Shown here: positions 1 to 15,000 of the stretch, piece by piece
Numbering within the stretch: the first letter of the stretch is position 1
Layout: each line of letters begins with the position of its first letter
Source: Eledone cirrhosa
Lineage: Eukaryota
Length of the DNA stretch: 64,000 bases
NCBI GenBank assembly: GCA_964016885.1
Contig: CAXHJY010000973.1
Span: 186,001-250,000 of the forward strand
Reading direction: 5' to 3'
The notes under the pieces: generated by a model
The model's database searches: none
Seen by the model: the letters and a program-made list of their open reading frames with translations, nothing else
What the model was told of the DNA's origin: nothing
Position numbers and translations under genes: made by a program

Positions 1-3000
1 TAACAGTCAAGACCAACAACACAGTGATGGAAGGACATCTTAACACTTAAGACCAACAACGCAGTGAAGGTAGGCCATCTTAACAGTCAAGACCAACAAC
101 ACAGTGATGGTAGGACATCTTAACAGTTAAGACCAACAACACAGCGATGCAAGGACATCTTAACAGTTAAGACCAACAATACAGTGATGGTAGGACATCT
201 TAACAGTTAAGACCAACAACACAGTGATGGAAGGACAGCTTAACAGTGTAGACCAACAACGCAGTGAAGGTAGGACATCTTAACAGTTAAGACCAGCAAC
301 ACTGTGATGGTAGGACATCTTAACAGTTAAGAAAAACAACACTGATGGAAGGACATCTTAACAGTTAAGACCAACAACACAGTGATGGAAGGACATCTTA
401 ACAGTTAAGACCAACAACACAGTGATGGAAGGACATCTTAACAGTCAAGACCAACAACACAGTGATGGAAGGACATCTTAACAGTTAAGACCAACAACAC
501 AGTGATGGAAGGACATCTTAACAGTCAAGACCAACAACACAGTGATGGAAGGACATCTTAACAGTTAAGACCAACAACACAGTGATGGAAGGACATCTTA
601 ACAGTCAAGACCAACAACACAGTAATGGAAGGACATCTTAACAGTTAAGACCAACAACACAGTGATGGAAGGACATCTTAACAGTCAAGACCAACGACAC
701 AGTGATGGTAGGACATCTTAACAGTCAAGACCAACAACACAGTGATGGTAGGACATCTTAACAGTCAAGACCAACAACACAGTGATGGAAGGACATCTTA
801 ACAGTCAAGACCAACAACACAGTGATGGAAGGACATCTTAACAGTCAAGACCAACAACACAGTGATGGAAGGACATCTTAACAGTTAATACCAACAGCAC
901 AGTGATGGAAGGACATCTTAACAGTTAAGACCAACAACACAGTGATGGAAGGACATCTTAACAGTTAAGACCAACAACACAGCGATGCAAGGACATCTTA
1001 ACAGTTAAGACCAACAATACAGTGATGGTAGGACATCTTAACAGTTAAGACCAACAACACAGTGATGGAAGGACATCTTAACAGTGTAGACCAACAACGC
1101 AGTGAAGGTAGGACATCTTAACAGTTAAGACCAGCAACACTGTGATGGTAGGACATCTTAACAGTCAAGACCAACAACACAGTGATGGTAGGACATCTTA
1201 ACAGTCAAGACCAACAACACAGTGATGGAAGGACATCTTAACAGTCAAGACCAACAACACAGTGATGGAAGGACATCTTAACACTTAAGACCAACAACAC
1301 AGTGATGAAAGGACATCTTAGCAGTTAAGACCAACAACACAGTGATGGAAGGACATCTTAACACTTAAGACCAACAACACAGTGATGAAAGGACATCTTA
1401 ACAGTTAAGACCAACAACACAGTGATGGAAGGACATCTTAACAGATAAGACCAACAACACAGTGATGGAAGGACATCTTAACAGTTAAGACCAACAACAC
1501 AGTGATGGAAGGACATCTTAACGCTTAAGACCAACAACACAGTGATGAAAGGACATCTTAACAGTCAAGACCAACAACACAGTGATGAAAGGACATCTTA
1601 ACAGTTAAGACCAACAACACAGTGATGGAAGGACATCTTAACAGTTAAGACCAACAACACAGTGATGGAAGGACATCTTAACAGTTAAGACCAACAACAC
1701 AGTGATGGAAGGACATCTTAACAGTCAAGACCAACAACACAGTGATAGAAGGACATCTTAACACATAAGACCAACAACACAGTGATGAAAGGACATCTTA
1801 ACAGTTAAGACCAACAACACAGTGATGGAAGGACATCTTAACAGTTAAGACCAACAACACAGTGATGGAAGGACATCTTAACACTTAAGACCAACAACAC
1901 AGTGATGGTAGGACATCTTAACACTTAAGACCAACAACACAGTGATGGTAGGACATCTTAACAGTTAAGACCAACAACACAATGATGGTAGGGCATCTTA
2001 ACAGTTAAGACCAACAACACTGTGATGGAAGGACATCTTAACACTTAAGACCAACAACACAGTGATGGTAGGACATCTTAACAGTTAAGACCAACAACAC
2101 AGTGATGGAAGGACATCTTAACAGTCAAGACCAACAACACAGTGATGTTAACCATCTTAACAGTTAAGACCAACAAGACTGATGTAAGGACATCTTAACA
2201 GTCAAGACGAACAAAACAGTGATGGAAGGTCATCTTAACAGTTAAGACGAACAGTGATGTAAGGACATCTTAACAGTTAAGACCACCAACACAGTGATGG
2301 TAGGACATCTTAACAGTTAAGATCAACAACACAGTGATGGTAGGACATCTTAACAGTTAAGACCAACAACTCAGTGGTGGTAGGATATCTTAACAGTTAA
2401 GACCAACAACACTGTGATGGAAGGACATCTTAACAGTCAAGACCAACAACACAGTGATGGAAGGACATCTTAACAGTTAAGACCAACAACACAGTGATGG
2501 AAGGACATCTTATCAGTTAAGACCAACAACACAGTGATGGAAGGACATCTTAACAGTTAAGACCAACAACACAGTGATGGAAGGACATCTTAACAGTCAA
2601 GACCAACAACACAGTGATGGAAGGACATCTTAACAGTTAAGACCAACAACACAGTGATGGAAGGACATCTTAACAGTCAAGACCAACAACACAGTGATGG
2701 AAGGACATCTTAACAGTCAAGACCAACAACACAGTGATGGAAGGACATCTTAACAGTTAAGACCAACAACACAGTGATGGTAGGACATCTTAACAGTTAA
2801 GATCAACAACACAGTGATGGTAGGACATCTTAACAGTTAAGACCAACAACTCAGTGGTGGTAGGATATCTTAACAGTTAAGACCAACAACACTGTGATGG
2901 AAGGACATCTTAACAGTCAAGACCAACAACACAGTGATGGAAGGACATCTTAACAGTTAAGACCAACAACACAGTGATGGAAGGACATCTTAACAGTCAA

Positions 3001-6000
3001 GACCAACAACACAGTGATGGAAGGACATCTTAACAGTCAAGACCAACAACACAGTGATGGAAGGACATCTTAACAGTTAAGACCACCAACACAGTGATGG
3101 TAGGACATCTTAACAGTTAAGATCAACAACACAGTGATGGTAGGACATCTTAACAGTTAAGACCAACAACTCAGTGGTGGTAGGATATCTTAACAGTTAA
3201 GACCAACAACACTGTGATGGAAGGACATCTTAACAGTCAAGACCAACAACACAGTGATGGAAGGACATCTTAACAGTTAAGACCAACAACACAGTGATGG
3301 AAGGACATCTTATCAGTTAAGACCAACAACACAGTGATGGAAGGACATCTTAACAGTTAAGACCAACAACACAGTGATGGAAGGACATCTTAACAGTCAA
3401 GACCAACAACACAGTGATGGAAGGACATCTCAACAGTTAAGACCAACAACACAGTGATGGAAGGACATCTTAACAGTCAAGACCAACAACACAGTGATGG
3501 AAGGACATCTTAACAGTCAAGACCAACAACACAGTGATGGAAGGACATCTTAACAGTTAAGACCAACAACACAGTGATGGTAGGACATCTTAACAGTCAA
3601 GACCAACAACACAGTGATGGAAGGACATCTTAACAGTTAAGACCAACAACACAGTGATGGAAGGACATCTTAACAGTCAAGACCAACAACACAGTGATGG
3701 AAGGACATCTTAACAGTCAAGACCAACAACACAGTGATGGAAGGACATCTTAACAGTTAAGACCAACAACACAGTGATGGTAGGACATCTTAACATTTAA
3801 GACCAACAACACAGTGATGGAAGGACATCTTAACAGTCAAGACCAACAACACAGTGATGGAAGGACATCTTAACAGTTAAGACCAACAACACAGTGATGG
3901 AAGGACATCTTAACAGTCAAGACCAACAACACAGTGATGGAAGGACATCTTAACAGTCAAGACCAACAACACAGTGATGGAAGGACATCTTAACAGTTAA
4001 GACCAACAACACAGTGATGGTAGGACATCTTAACAGTCAAGACCAACAACACAGTGATGGAAGGACATCTTAACAGTTAAGACCAACAACACAGTGATGG
4101 TAGGACATCTTAACGGTTAAGACCAACAACACAGTGATGGAAGGACATCTTAACAGTCAAGACCAACAACACAGTGATGGAAGGACATCTTAACAGTTAA
4201 GACCAACAACACAGTGATGGTAGGACATCTTAACAGTTGAGACCAACAACACAGTGATGGAAGGACATCTTAACAGTCAAGACCAACAACACAGTGATGG
4301 AAGGACATCTTAACAGTCAAGACCAACAACACAGTGATGGAAGGACATCTTAACACTTAAGACCAACAACGCAGTGAAGGTAGGCCATCTTAACAGTCAA
4401 GACCAACAACACAGTGATGGTAGGACATCTTAACAGTTAAGACCAACAACACAGCGATGCAAGGACATCTTAACAGTTAAGACCAACAATACAGTGATGG
4501 TAGGACATCTTAACAGTTAAGACCAACAACACAGTGATGGAAGGACATCTTAACAGTGTAGACCAACAACGCAGTGAAGGTAGGACATCTTAACAGTTAA
4601 GACCAGCAACACTGTGATGGTAGGACATCTTAACAGTTAAGAACAACAACACTGATGGAAGGACATCTTAACAGTTAAGACCAACAACACAGTGATGGAA
4701 GGACGTCTTAACAGTTAAGACCAACAACACAGTGATGGAAGGACATCTTAACAGTCAAGACCAACAACACAGTGATGGAAGGACATCTTAACAGTTAAGA
4801 CCAACAACACAGTGATGGAAGGACATCTTAACAGTCAAGACCAACAACACAGTGATGGAAGGACATCTTAACAGTTAAGACCAACAACACAGTGATGGAA
4901 GGACATCTTAAGTCAAGACCAACAACACAGTGATGGTAGGACATCTTAACAGTCAAGACCAACAACACAGTGATGGTAGGACATCTTAACAGTCAAGACC
5001 AACAACACAGTGATGGAAGGACATCTTAACAGTCAAGACCAACAACACAGTGATGGAAGGACATCTTAACAGTCAAGACCAACAACACAGTGATGGAAGG
5101 ACATCTTAACAGTTAATACCAACAACACAGTGATGGAAGGACATCTTAACAGTTAAGACCAACAACACAGTGATGGAAGGACATCTTAACAATTAAGACC
5201 AACAACACAGCGATGCAAGGACATCTTAACAGTTAAGACCAACAATAGAGTGATGGTAGGACATCTTAACAGTTAAGACCAACAACACAGTGATGGAAGG
5301 ACATCTTAACAGTGTAGACCAACAACGCAGTGAAGGTAGGACATCTTAACAGTTAAGACCAGCAACACTGTGATGGTAGGACATCTTAACAGTTAAGAAC
5401 AACAACACTGATGGAAGGACATCTTAACAGTTAAGACCACCAACAGTGATGGTAGGACATCTTAACAGTTAAGATCAACAACACAGTGATGGTAGGATAT
5501 CTTAACAGTTAAGACCAACAACACAGTGATGGAAGGACATCTTAACAATTAAGACCAACAACAGTGATGGTAGGACATCTTAACATGTAAGACGAACAGT
5601 GATGGTAGGACATCTTAACAGTTAAGACGAACAGTGATGGTAGGACATCTTAATAGTTAAGACCAACAACACAGTGATGGTAGGACATCTTAACAGTTAA
5701 GACCAACAACACAGTGATGGAAGGACATCTAAACAGTCAAGACCAACAACACAGTGATGGAAGGACATCTTAACAGTCAAGACCAACAACACAGTGATGG
5801 AAGGACATCTTAACACTTAAGACCAACAACGCAGTGAAGGTAGGCCATCTTAACAGTCAAGACCAACAACACAGTGATGGTAGGACATCTTAACAGTTAA
5901 GACCAACAACACAGTGATGGAAGGACATCTTAACAGTCAAGACCAACAACACAGTGATGGAAGGACATCTTAACAGTTAAGACCAACAACACAGTGATGG

Positions 6001-9000
6001 AAGGACATCTTAACAGTCAAGACCAACAACACAGTAATGGAAGGACATCTTAACAGTTAAGACCAACAACACAGTGATGGAAGGACATCTTAACAGTCAA
6101 GACCAACAACACAGTGATGGTAGGACATCTTAACAGTCAAGACCAACAACACAGTGATGGTAGGACATCTTAACAGTCAAGACCAACAACACAGTGATGG
6201 AAGGACATCTTAACAGTCAAGACCAACAACACAGTGATGGAAGGACATCTTAACAGTCAAGACCAACAACACAGTGATGGAAGGACATCTTAACAGTTAA
6301 TACCAACAGCACAGTGATGGAAGGACATCTTAACAGTTAAGACCAACAACACAGTGATGGAAGGACATCTTAACAGTTAAGACCAACAACACAGCGATGC
6401 AAGGACATCTTAACAGTTAAGACCAACAATACAGTGATGGTAGGACATCTTAACAGTTAAGACCAACAACACAGTGATGGAAGGACATCTTAACAGTGTA
6501 GACCAACAACGCAGTGAAGGTAGGACATCTTAACAGTTAAGACCAGCAACACTGTGATGGTAGGACATCTTAACAGTCAAGACCAACAACACAGTGATGG
6601 TAGGACATCTTAACAGTCAAGACCAACAACACAGTGATGGAAGGACATCTTAACAGTCAAGACCAACAACACAGTGATGGAAGGACATCTTAACACTTAA
6701 GACCAACAACACAGTGATGAAAGGACATCTTAGCAGTTAAGACCAACAACACAGTGATGGAAGGACATCTTAACACTTAAGACCAACAACACAGTGATGA
6801 AAGGACATCTTAACAGTTAAGACCAACAACACAGTGATGGAAGGACATCTTAACAGATAAGACCAACAACACAGTGATGGAAGGACATCTTAACAGTTAA
6901 GACCAACAACACAGTGATGGAAGGACATCTTAACGCTTAAGACCAACAACACAGTGATGAAAGGACATCTTAACAGTCAAGACCAACAACACAGTGATGA
7001 AAGGACATCTTAACAGTTAAGACCAACAACACAGTGATGGAAGGACATCTTAACAGTTAAGACCAACAACACAGTGATGGAAGGACATCTTAACAGTTAA
7101 GACCAACAACACAGTGATGGAAGGACATCTTAACAGTCAAGACCAACAACACAGTGATAGAAGGACATCTTAACACATAAGACCAACAACACAGTGATGA
7201 AAGGACATCTTAACAGTTAAGACCAACAACACAGTGATGGAAGGACATCTTAACAGTTAAGACCAACAACACAGTGATGGAAGGACATCTTAACACTTAA
7301 GACCAACAACACAGTGATGGTAGGACATCTTAACACTTAAGACCAACAACACAGTGATGGTAGGACATCTTAACAGTTAAGACCAACAACACAATGATGG
7401 TAGGGCATCTTAACAGTTAAGACCAACAACACTGTGATGGAAGGACATCTTAACACTTAAGACCAACAACACAGTGATGGTAGGACATCTTAACAGTTAA
7501 GACCAACAACACAGTGATGGAAGGACATCTTAACAGTCAAGACCAACAACACAGTGATGTTAACCATCTTAACAGTTAAGACCAACAAGACTGATGTAAG
7601 GACATCTTAACAGTCAAGACGAACAAAACAGTGATGGAAGGTCATCTTAACAGTTAAGACGAACAGTGATGTAAGGACATCTTAACAGTTAAGACCACCA
7701 ACACAGTGATGGTAGGACATCTTAACAGTTAAGATCAACAACACAGTGATGGTAGGACATCTTAACAGTTAAGACCAACAACTCAGTGGTGGTAGGATAT
7801 CTTAACAGTTAAGACCAACAACACTGTGATGGAAGGACATCTTAACAGTCAAGACCAACAACACAGTGATGGAAGGACATCTTAACAGTTAAGACCAACA
7901 ACACAGTGATGGAAGGACATCTTATCAGTTAAGACCAACAACACAGTGATGGAAGGACATCTTAACAGTTAAGACCAACAACACAGTGATGGAAGGACAT
8001 CTTAACAGTCAAGACCAACAACACAGTGATGGAAGGACATCTTAACAGTTAAGACCAACAACACAGTGATGGAAGGACATCTTAACAGTCAAGACCAACA
8101 ACACAGTGATGGAAGGACATCTTAACAGTCAAGACCAACAACACAGTGATGGAAGGACATCTTAACAGTTAAGACCAACAACACAGTGATGGTAGGACAT
8201 CTTAACAGTTAAGATCAACAACACAGTGATGGTAGGACATCTTAACAGTTAAGACCAACAACTCAGTGGTGGTAGGATATCTTAACAGTTAAGACCAACA
8301 ACACTGTGATGGAAGGACATCTTAACAGTCAAGACCAACAACACAGTGATGGAAGGACATCTTAACAGTTAAGACCAACAACACAGTGATGGAAGGACAT
8401 CTTAACAGTCAAGACCAACAACACAGTGATGGAAGGACATCTTAACAGTCAAGACCAACAACACAGTGATGGAAGGACATCTTAACAGTTAAGACCACCA
8501 ACACAGTGATGGTAGGACATCTTAACAGTTAAGATCAACAACACAGTGATGGTAGGACATCTTAACAGTTAAGACCAACAACTCAGTGGTGGTAGGATAT
8601 CTTAACAGTTAAGACCAACAACACTGTGATGGAAGGACATCTTAACAGTCAAGACCAACAACACAGTGATGGAAGGACATCTTAACAGTTAAGACCAACA
8701 ACACAGTGATGGAAGGACATCTTATCAGTTAAGACCAACAACACAGTGATGGAAGGACATCTTAACAGTTAAGACCAACAACACAGTGATGGAAGGACAT
8801 CTTAACAGTCAAGACCAACAACACAGTGATGGAAGGACATCTCAACAGTTAAGACCAACAACACAGTGATGGAAGGACATCTTAACAGTCAAGACCAACA
8901 ACACAGTGATGGAAGGACATCTTAACAGTCAAGACCAACAACACAGTGATGGAAGGACATCTTAACAGTTAAGACCAACAACACAGTGATGGTAGGACAT

Positions 9001-12000
9001 CTTAACAGTCAAGACCAACAACACAGTGATGGAAGGACATCTTAACAGTTAAGACCAACAACACAGTGATGGAAGGACATCTTAACAGTCAAGACCAACA
9101 ACACAGTGATGGAAGGACATCTTAACAGTCAAGACCAACAACACAGTGATGGAAGGACATCTTAACAGTTAAGACCAACAACACAGTGATGGTAGGACAT
9201 CTTAACATTTAAGACCAACAACACAGTGATGGAAGGACATCTTAACAGTCAAGACCAACAACACAGTGATGGAAGGACATCTTAACAGTTAAGACCAACA
9301 ACACAGTGATGGAAGGACATCTTAACAGTCAAGACCAACAACACAGTGATGGAAGGACATCTTAACAGTCAAGACCAACAACACAGTGATGGAAGGACAT
9401 CTTAACAGTTAAGACCAACAACACAGTGATGGTAGGACATCTTAACAGTCAAGACCAACAACACAGTGATGGAAGGACATCTTAACAGTTAAGACCAACA
9501 ACACAGTGATGGTAGGACATCTTAACGGTTAAGACCAACAACACAGTGATGGAAGGACATCTTAACAGTCAAGACCAACAACACAGTGATGGAAGGACAT
9601 CTTAACAGTTAAGACCAACAACACAGTGATGGTAGGACATCTTAACAGTTGAGACCAACAACACAGTGATGGAAGGACATCTTAACAGTCAAGACCAACA
9701 ACACAGTGATGGAAGGACATCTTAACAGTCAAGACCAACAACACAGTGATGGAAGGACATCTTAACACTTAAGACCAACAACGCAGTGAAGGTAGGCCAT
9801 CTTAACAGTCAAGACCAACAACACAGTGATGGTAGGACATCTTAACAGTTAAGACCAACAACACAGCGATGCAAGGACATCTTAACAGTTAAGACCAACA
9901 ATACAGTGATGGTAGGACATCTTAACAGTTAAGACCAACAACACAGTGATGGAAGGACATCTTAACAGTGTAGACCAACAACGCAGTGAAGGTAGGACAT
10001 CTTAACAGTTAAGACCAGCAACACTGTGATGGTAGGACATCTTAACAGTTAAGAACAACAACACTGATGGAAGGACATCTTAACAGTTAAGACCAACAAC
10101 ACAGTGATGGAAGGACATCTTAACAGTTAAGACCAACAACACAGTGATGGAAGGACATCTTAACAGTCAAGACCAACAACACAGTGATGGAAGGACATCT
10201 TAACAGTTAAGACCAACAACACAGTGATGGAAGGACATCTTAACAGTCAAGACCAACAACACAGTGATGGAAGGACATCTTAACAGTTAAGACCAACAAC
10301 ACAGTGATGGAAGGACATCTTAAGTCAAGACCAACAACACAGTGATGGTAGGACATCTTAACAGTCAAGACCAACAACACAGTGATGGTAGGACATCTTA
10401 ACAGTCAAGACCAACAACACAGTGATGGAAGGACATCTTAACAGTCAAGACCAACAACACAGTGATGGAAGGACATCTTAACAGTCAAGACCAACAACAC
10501 AGTGATGGAAGGACATCTTAACAGTTAATACCAACAACACAGTGATGGAAGGACATCTTAACAGTTAAGACCAACAACACAGTGATGGAAGGACATCTTA
10601 ACAATTAAGACCAACAACACAGCGATGCAAGGACATCTTAACAGTTAAGACCAACAATAGAGTGATGGTAGGACATCTTAACAGTTAAGACCAACAACAC
10701 AGTGATGGAAGGACATCTTAACAGTGTAGACCAACAACGCAGTGAAGGTAGGACATCTTAACAGTTAAGACCAGCAACACTGTGATGGTAGGACATCTTA
10801 ACAGTTAAGAACAACAACACTGATGGAAGGACATCTTAACAGTTAAGACCACCAACAGTGATGGTAGGACATCTTAACAGTTAAGATCAACAACACAGTG
10901 ATGGTAGGATATCTTAACAGTTAAGACCAACAACACAGTGATGGAAGGACATCTTAACAATTAAGACCAACAACAGTGATGGTAGGACATCTTAACATGT
11001 AAGACGAACAGTGATGGTAGGACATCTTAACAGTTAAGACGAACAGTGATGGTAGGACATCTTAATAGTTAAGACCAACAACACAGTGATGGTAGGACAT
11101 CTTAACAGTTAAGACCAACAACACAGTGATGGAAGGACATCTAAACAGTCAAGACCAACAACACAGTGATGGAAGGACATCTTAACAGTCAAGACCAACA
11201 ACACAGTGATGGAAGGACATCTTAACACTTAAGACCAACAACGCAGTGAAGGTAGGCCATCTTAACAGTCAAGACCAACAACACAGTGATGGTAGGACAT
11301 CTTAACAGTTAAGACCAACAACACAGCGATGCAAGGACATCTTAACAGTTAAGACCAACAATACAGTGATGGTAGGACATCTTAACAGTTAAGACCAACA
11401 ACACAGTGATGGAAGGACAGCTTAACAGTGTAGACCAACAACGCAGTGAAGGTAGGACATCTTAACAGTTAAGACCAGCAACACTGTGATGGTAGGACAT
11501 CTTAACAGTTAAGAAAAACAACACTGATGGAAGGACATCTTAACAGTTAAGACCAACAACACAGTGATGGAAGGACATCTTAACAGTTAAGACCAACAAC
11601 ACAGTGATGGAAGGACATCTTAACAGTCAAGACCAACAACACAGTGATGGAAGGACATCTTAACAGTTAAGACCAACAACACAGTGATGGAAGGACATCT
11701 TAACAGTCAAGACCAACAACACAGTGATGGAAGGACATCTTAACAGTTAAGACCAACAACACAGTGATGGAAGGACATCTTAACAGTCAAGACCAACAAC
11801 ACAGTAATGGAAGGACATCTTAACAGTTAAGACCAACAACACAGTGATGGAAGGACATCTTAACAGTCAAGACCAACAACACAGTGATGGTAGGACATCT
11901 TAACAGTCAAGACCAACAACACAGTGATGGTAGGACATCTTAACAGTCAAGACCAACAACACAGTGATGGAAGGACATCTTAACAGTCAAGACCAACAAC

Positions 12001-15000
12001 ACAGTGATGGAAGGACATCTTAACAGTCAAGACCAACAACACAGTGATGGAAGGACATCTTAACAGTTAATACCAACAGCACAGTGATGGAAGGACATCT
12101 TAACAGTTAAGACCAACAACACAGTGATGGAAGGACATCTTAACAGTTAAGACCAACAACACAGCGATGCAAGGACATCTTAACAGTTAAGACCAACAAT
12201 ACAGTGATGGTAGGACATCTTAACAGTTAAGACCAACAACACAGTGATGGAAGGACATCTTAACAGTGTAGACCAACAACGCAGTGAAGGTAGGACATCT
12301 TAACAGTTAAGACCAGCAACACTGTGATGGTAGGACATCTTAACAGTCAAGACCAACAACACAGTGATGGTAGGACATCTTAACAGTCAAGACCAACAAC
12401 ACAGTGATGGAAGGACATCTTAACAGTCAAGACCAACAACACAGTGATGGAAGGACATCTTAACACTTAAGACCAACAACACAGTGATGAAAGGACATCT
12501 TAGCAGTTAAGACCAACAACACAGTGATGGAAGGACATCTTAACACTTAAGACCAACAACACAGTGATGAAAGGACATCTTAACAGTTAAGACCAACAAC
12601 ACAGTGATGGAAGGACATCTTAACAGATAAGACCAACAACACAGTGATGGAAGGACATCTTAACAGTTAAGACCAACAACACAGTGATGGAAGGACATCT
12701 TAACGCTTAAGACCAACAACACAGTGATGAAAGGACATCTTAACAGTCAAGACCAACAACACAGTGATGAAAGGACATCTTAGCAGTTAAGACCAACAAC
12801 ACAGTGATGGAAGGACATCTTAACACTTAAGACCAACAACACAGTGATGAAAGGACATCTTAACAGTCAAGACCAACAACACAGTGATGGAAGGACATCT
12901 TAACAGTTAAGACCAACAACACAGTGATGGAAGGACATCTTAACAGTTAAGACCAACAACACAGTGATGGAAGGACATCTTAACAGTCAAGACCAACAAC
13001 ACAGTGATAGAAGGACATCTTAACACATAAGACCAACAACACAGTGATGAAAGGACATCTTAACAGTTAAGACCAACAACACAGTGATGGAAGGACATCT
13101 TAACAGTTAAGACCAACAACACAGTGATGGAAGGACATCTTAACACTTAAGACCAACAACACAGTGATGGTAGGACATCTTAACACTTAAGACCAACAAC
13201 ACAGTGATGGTAGGACATCTTAACAGTTAAGACCAACAACACAATGATGGTAGGGCATCTTAACAGTTAAGACCAACAACACTGTGATGGAAGGACATCT
13301 TAACACTTAAGACCAACAACACAGTGATGGTAGGACATCTTAACAGTTAAGACCAACAACACAGTGATGGAAGGACATCTTAACAGTCAAGACCAACAAC
13401 ACAGTGATGTTAACCATCTTAACAGTTAAGACCAACAAGACTGATGTAAGGACATCTTAACAGTCAAGACGAACAAAACAGTGATGGAAGGTCATCTTAA
13501 CAGTTAAGACGAACAGTGATGTAAGGACATCTTAACAGTTAAGACCACCAACACAGTGATGGTAGGACATCTTAACAGTTAAGATCAACAACACAGTGAT
13601 GGTAGGACATCTTAACAGTTAAGACCAACAACTCAGTGGTGGTAGGATATCTTAACAGTTAAGACCAACAACACTGTGATGGAAGGACATCTTAACAGTC
13701 AAGACCAACAACACAGTGATGGAAGGACATCTTAACAGTTAAGACCAACAACACAGTGATGGAAGGACATCTTATCAGTTAAGACCAACAACACAGTGAT
13801 GGAAGGACATCTTAACAGTTAAGACCAACAACACAGTGATGGAAGGACATCTTAACAGTCAAGACCAACAACACAGTGATGGAAGGACATCTTAACAGTT
13901 AAGACCAACAACACAGTGATGGAAGGACATCTTAACAGTCAAGACCAACAACACAGTGATGGAAGGACATCTTAACAGTCAAGACCAACAACACAGTGAT
14001 GGAAGGACATCTTAACAGTTAAGACCAACAACACAGTGATGGTAGGACATCTTAACAGTTAAGATCAACAACACAGTGATGGTAGGACATCTTAACAGTT
14101 AAGACCAACAACTCAGTGGTGGTAGGATATCTTAACAGTTAAGACCAACAACACTGTGATGGAAGGACATCTTAACAGTCAAGACCAACAACACAGTGAT
14201 GGAAGGACATCTTAACAGTTAAGACCAACAACACAGTGATGGAAGGACATCTTAACAGTCAAGACCAACAACACAGTGATGGAAGGACATCTTAACAGTC
14301 AAGACCAACAACACAGTGATGGAAGGACATCTTAACAGTTAAGACCACCAACACAGTGATGGTAGGACATCTTAACAGTTAAGATCAACAACACAGTGAT
14401 GGTAGGACATCTTAACAGTTAAGACCAACAACTCAGTGGTGGTAGGATATCTTAACAGTTAAGAACAACAACACTGTGATGGAAGGACATCTTAACAGTC
14501 AAGACCAACAACACAGTGATGGAAGGACATCTTAACAGTTAAGACCAACAACACAGTGATGGAAGGACATCTTATCAGTTAAGACCAACAACACAGTGAT
14601 GGAAGGACATCTTAACAGTTAAGACCAACAACACAGTGATGGAAGGACATCTTAACAGTCAAGACCAACAACACAGTGATGGAAGGACATCTCAACAGTT
14701 AAGACCAACAACACAGTGATGGAAGGACATCTTAACAGTCAAGACCAACAACACAGTGATGGAAGGACATCTTAACAGTCAAGACCAACAACACAGTGAT
14801 GGAAGGACATCTTAACAGTTAAGACCAACAACACAGTGATGGTAGGACATCTTAACAGTCAAGACCAACAACACAGTGATGGAAGGACATCTTAACAGTT
14901 AAGACCAACAACACAGTGATGGAAGGACATCTTAACAGTCAAGACCAACAACACAGTGATGGAAGGACATCTTAACAGTCAAGACCAACAACACAGTGAT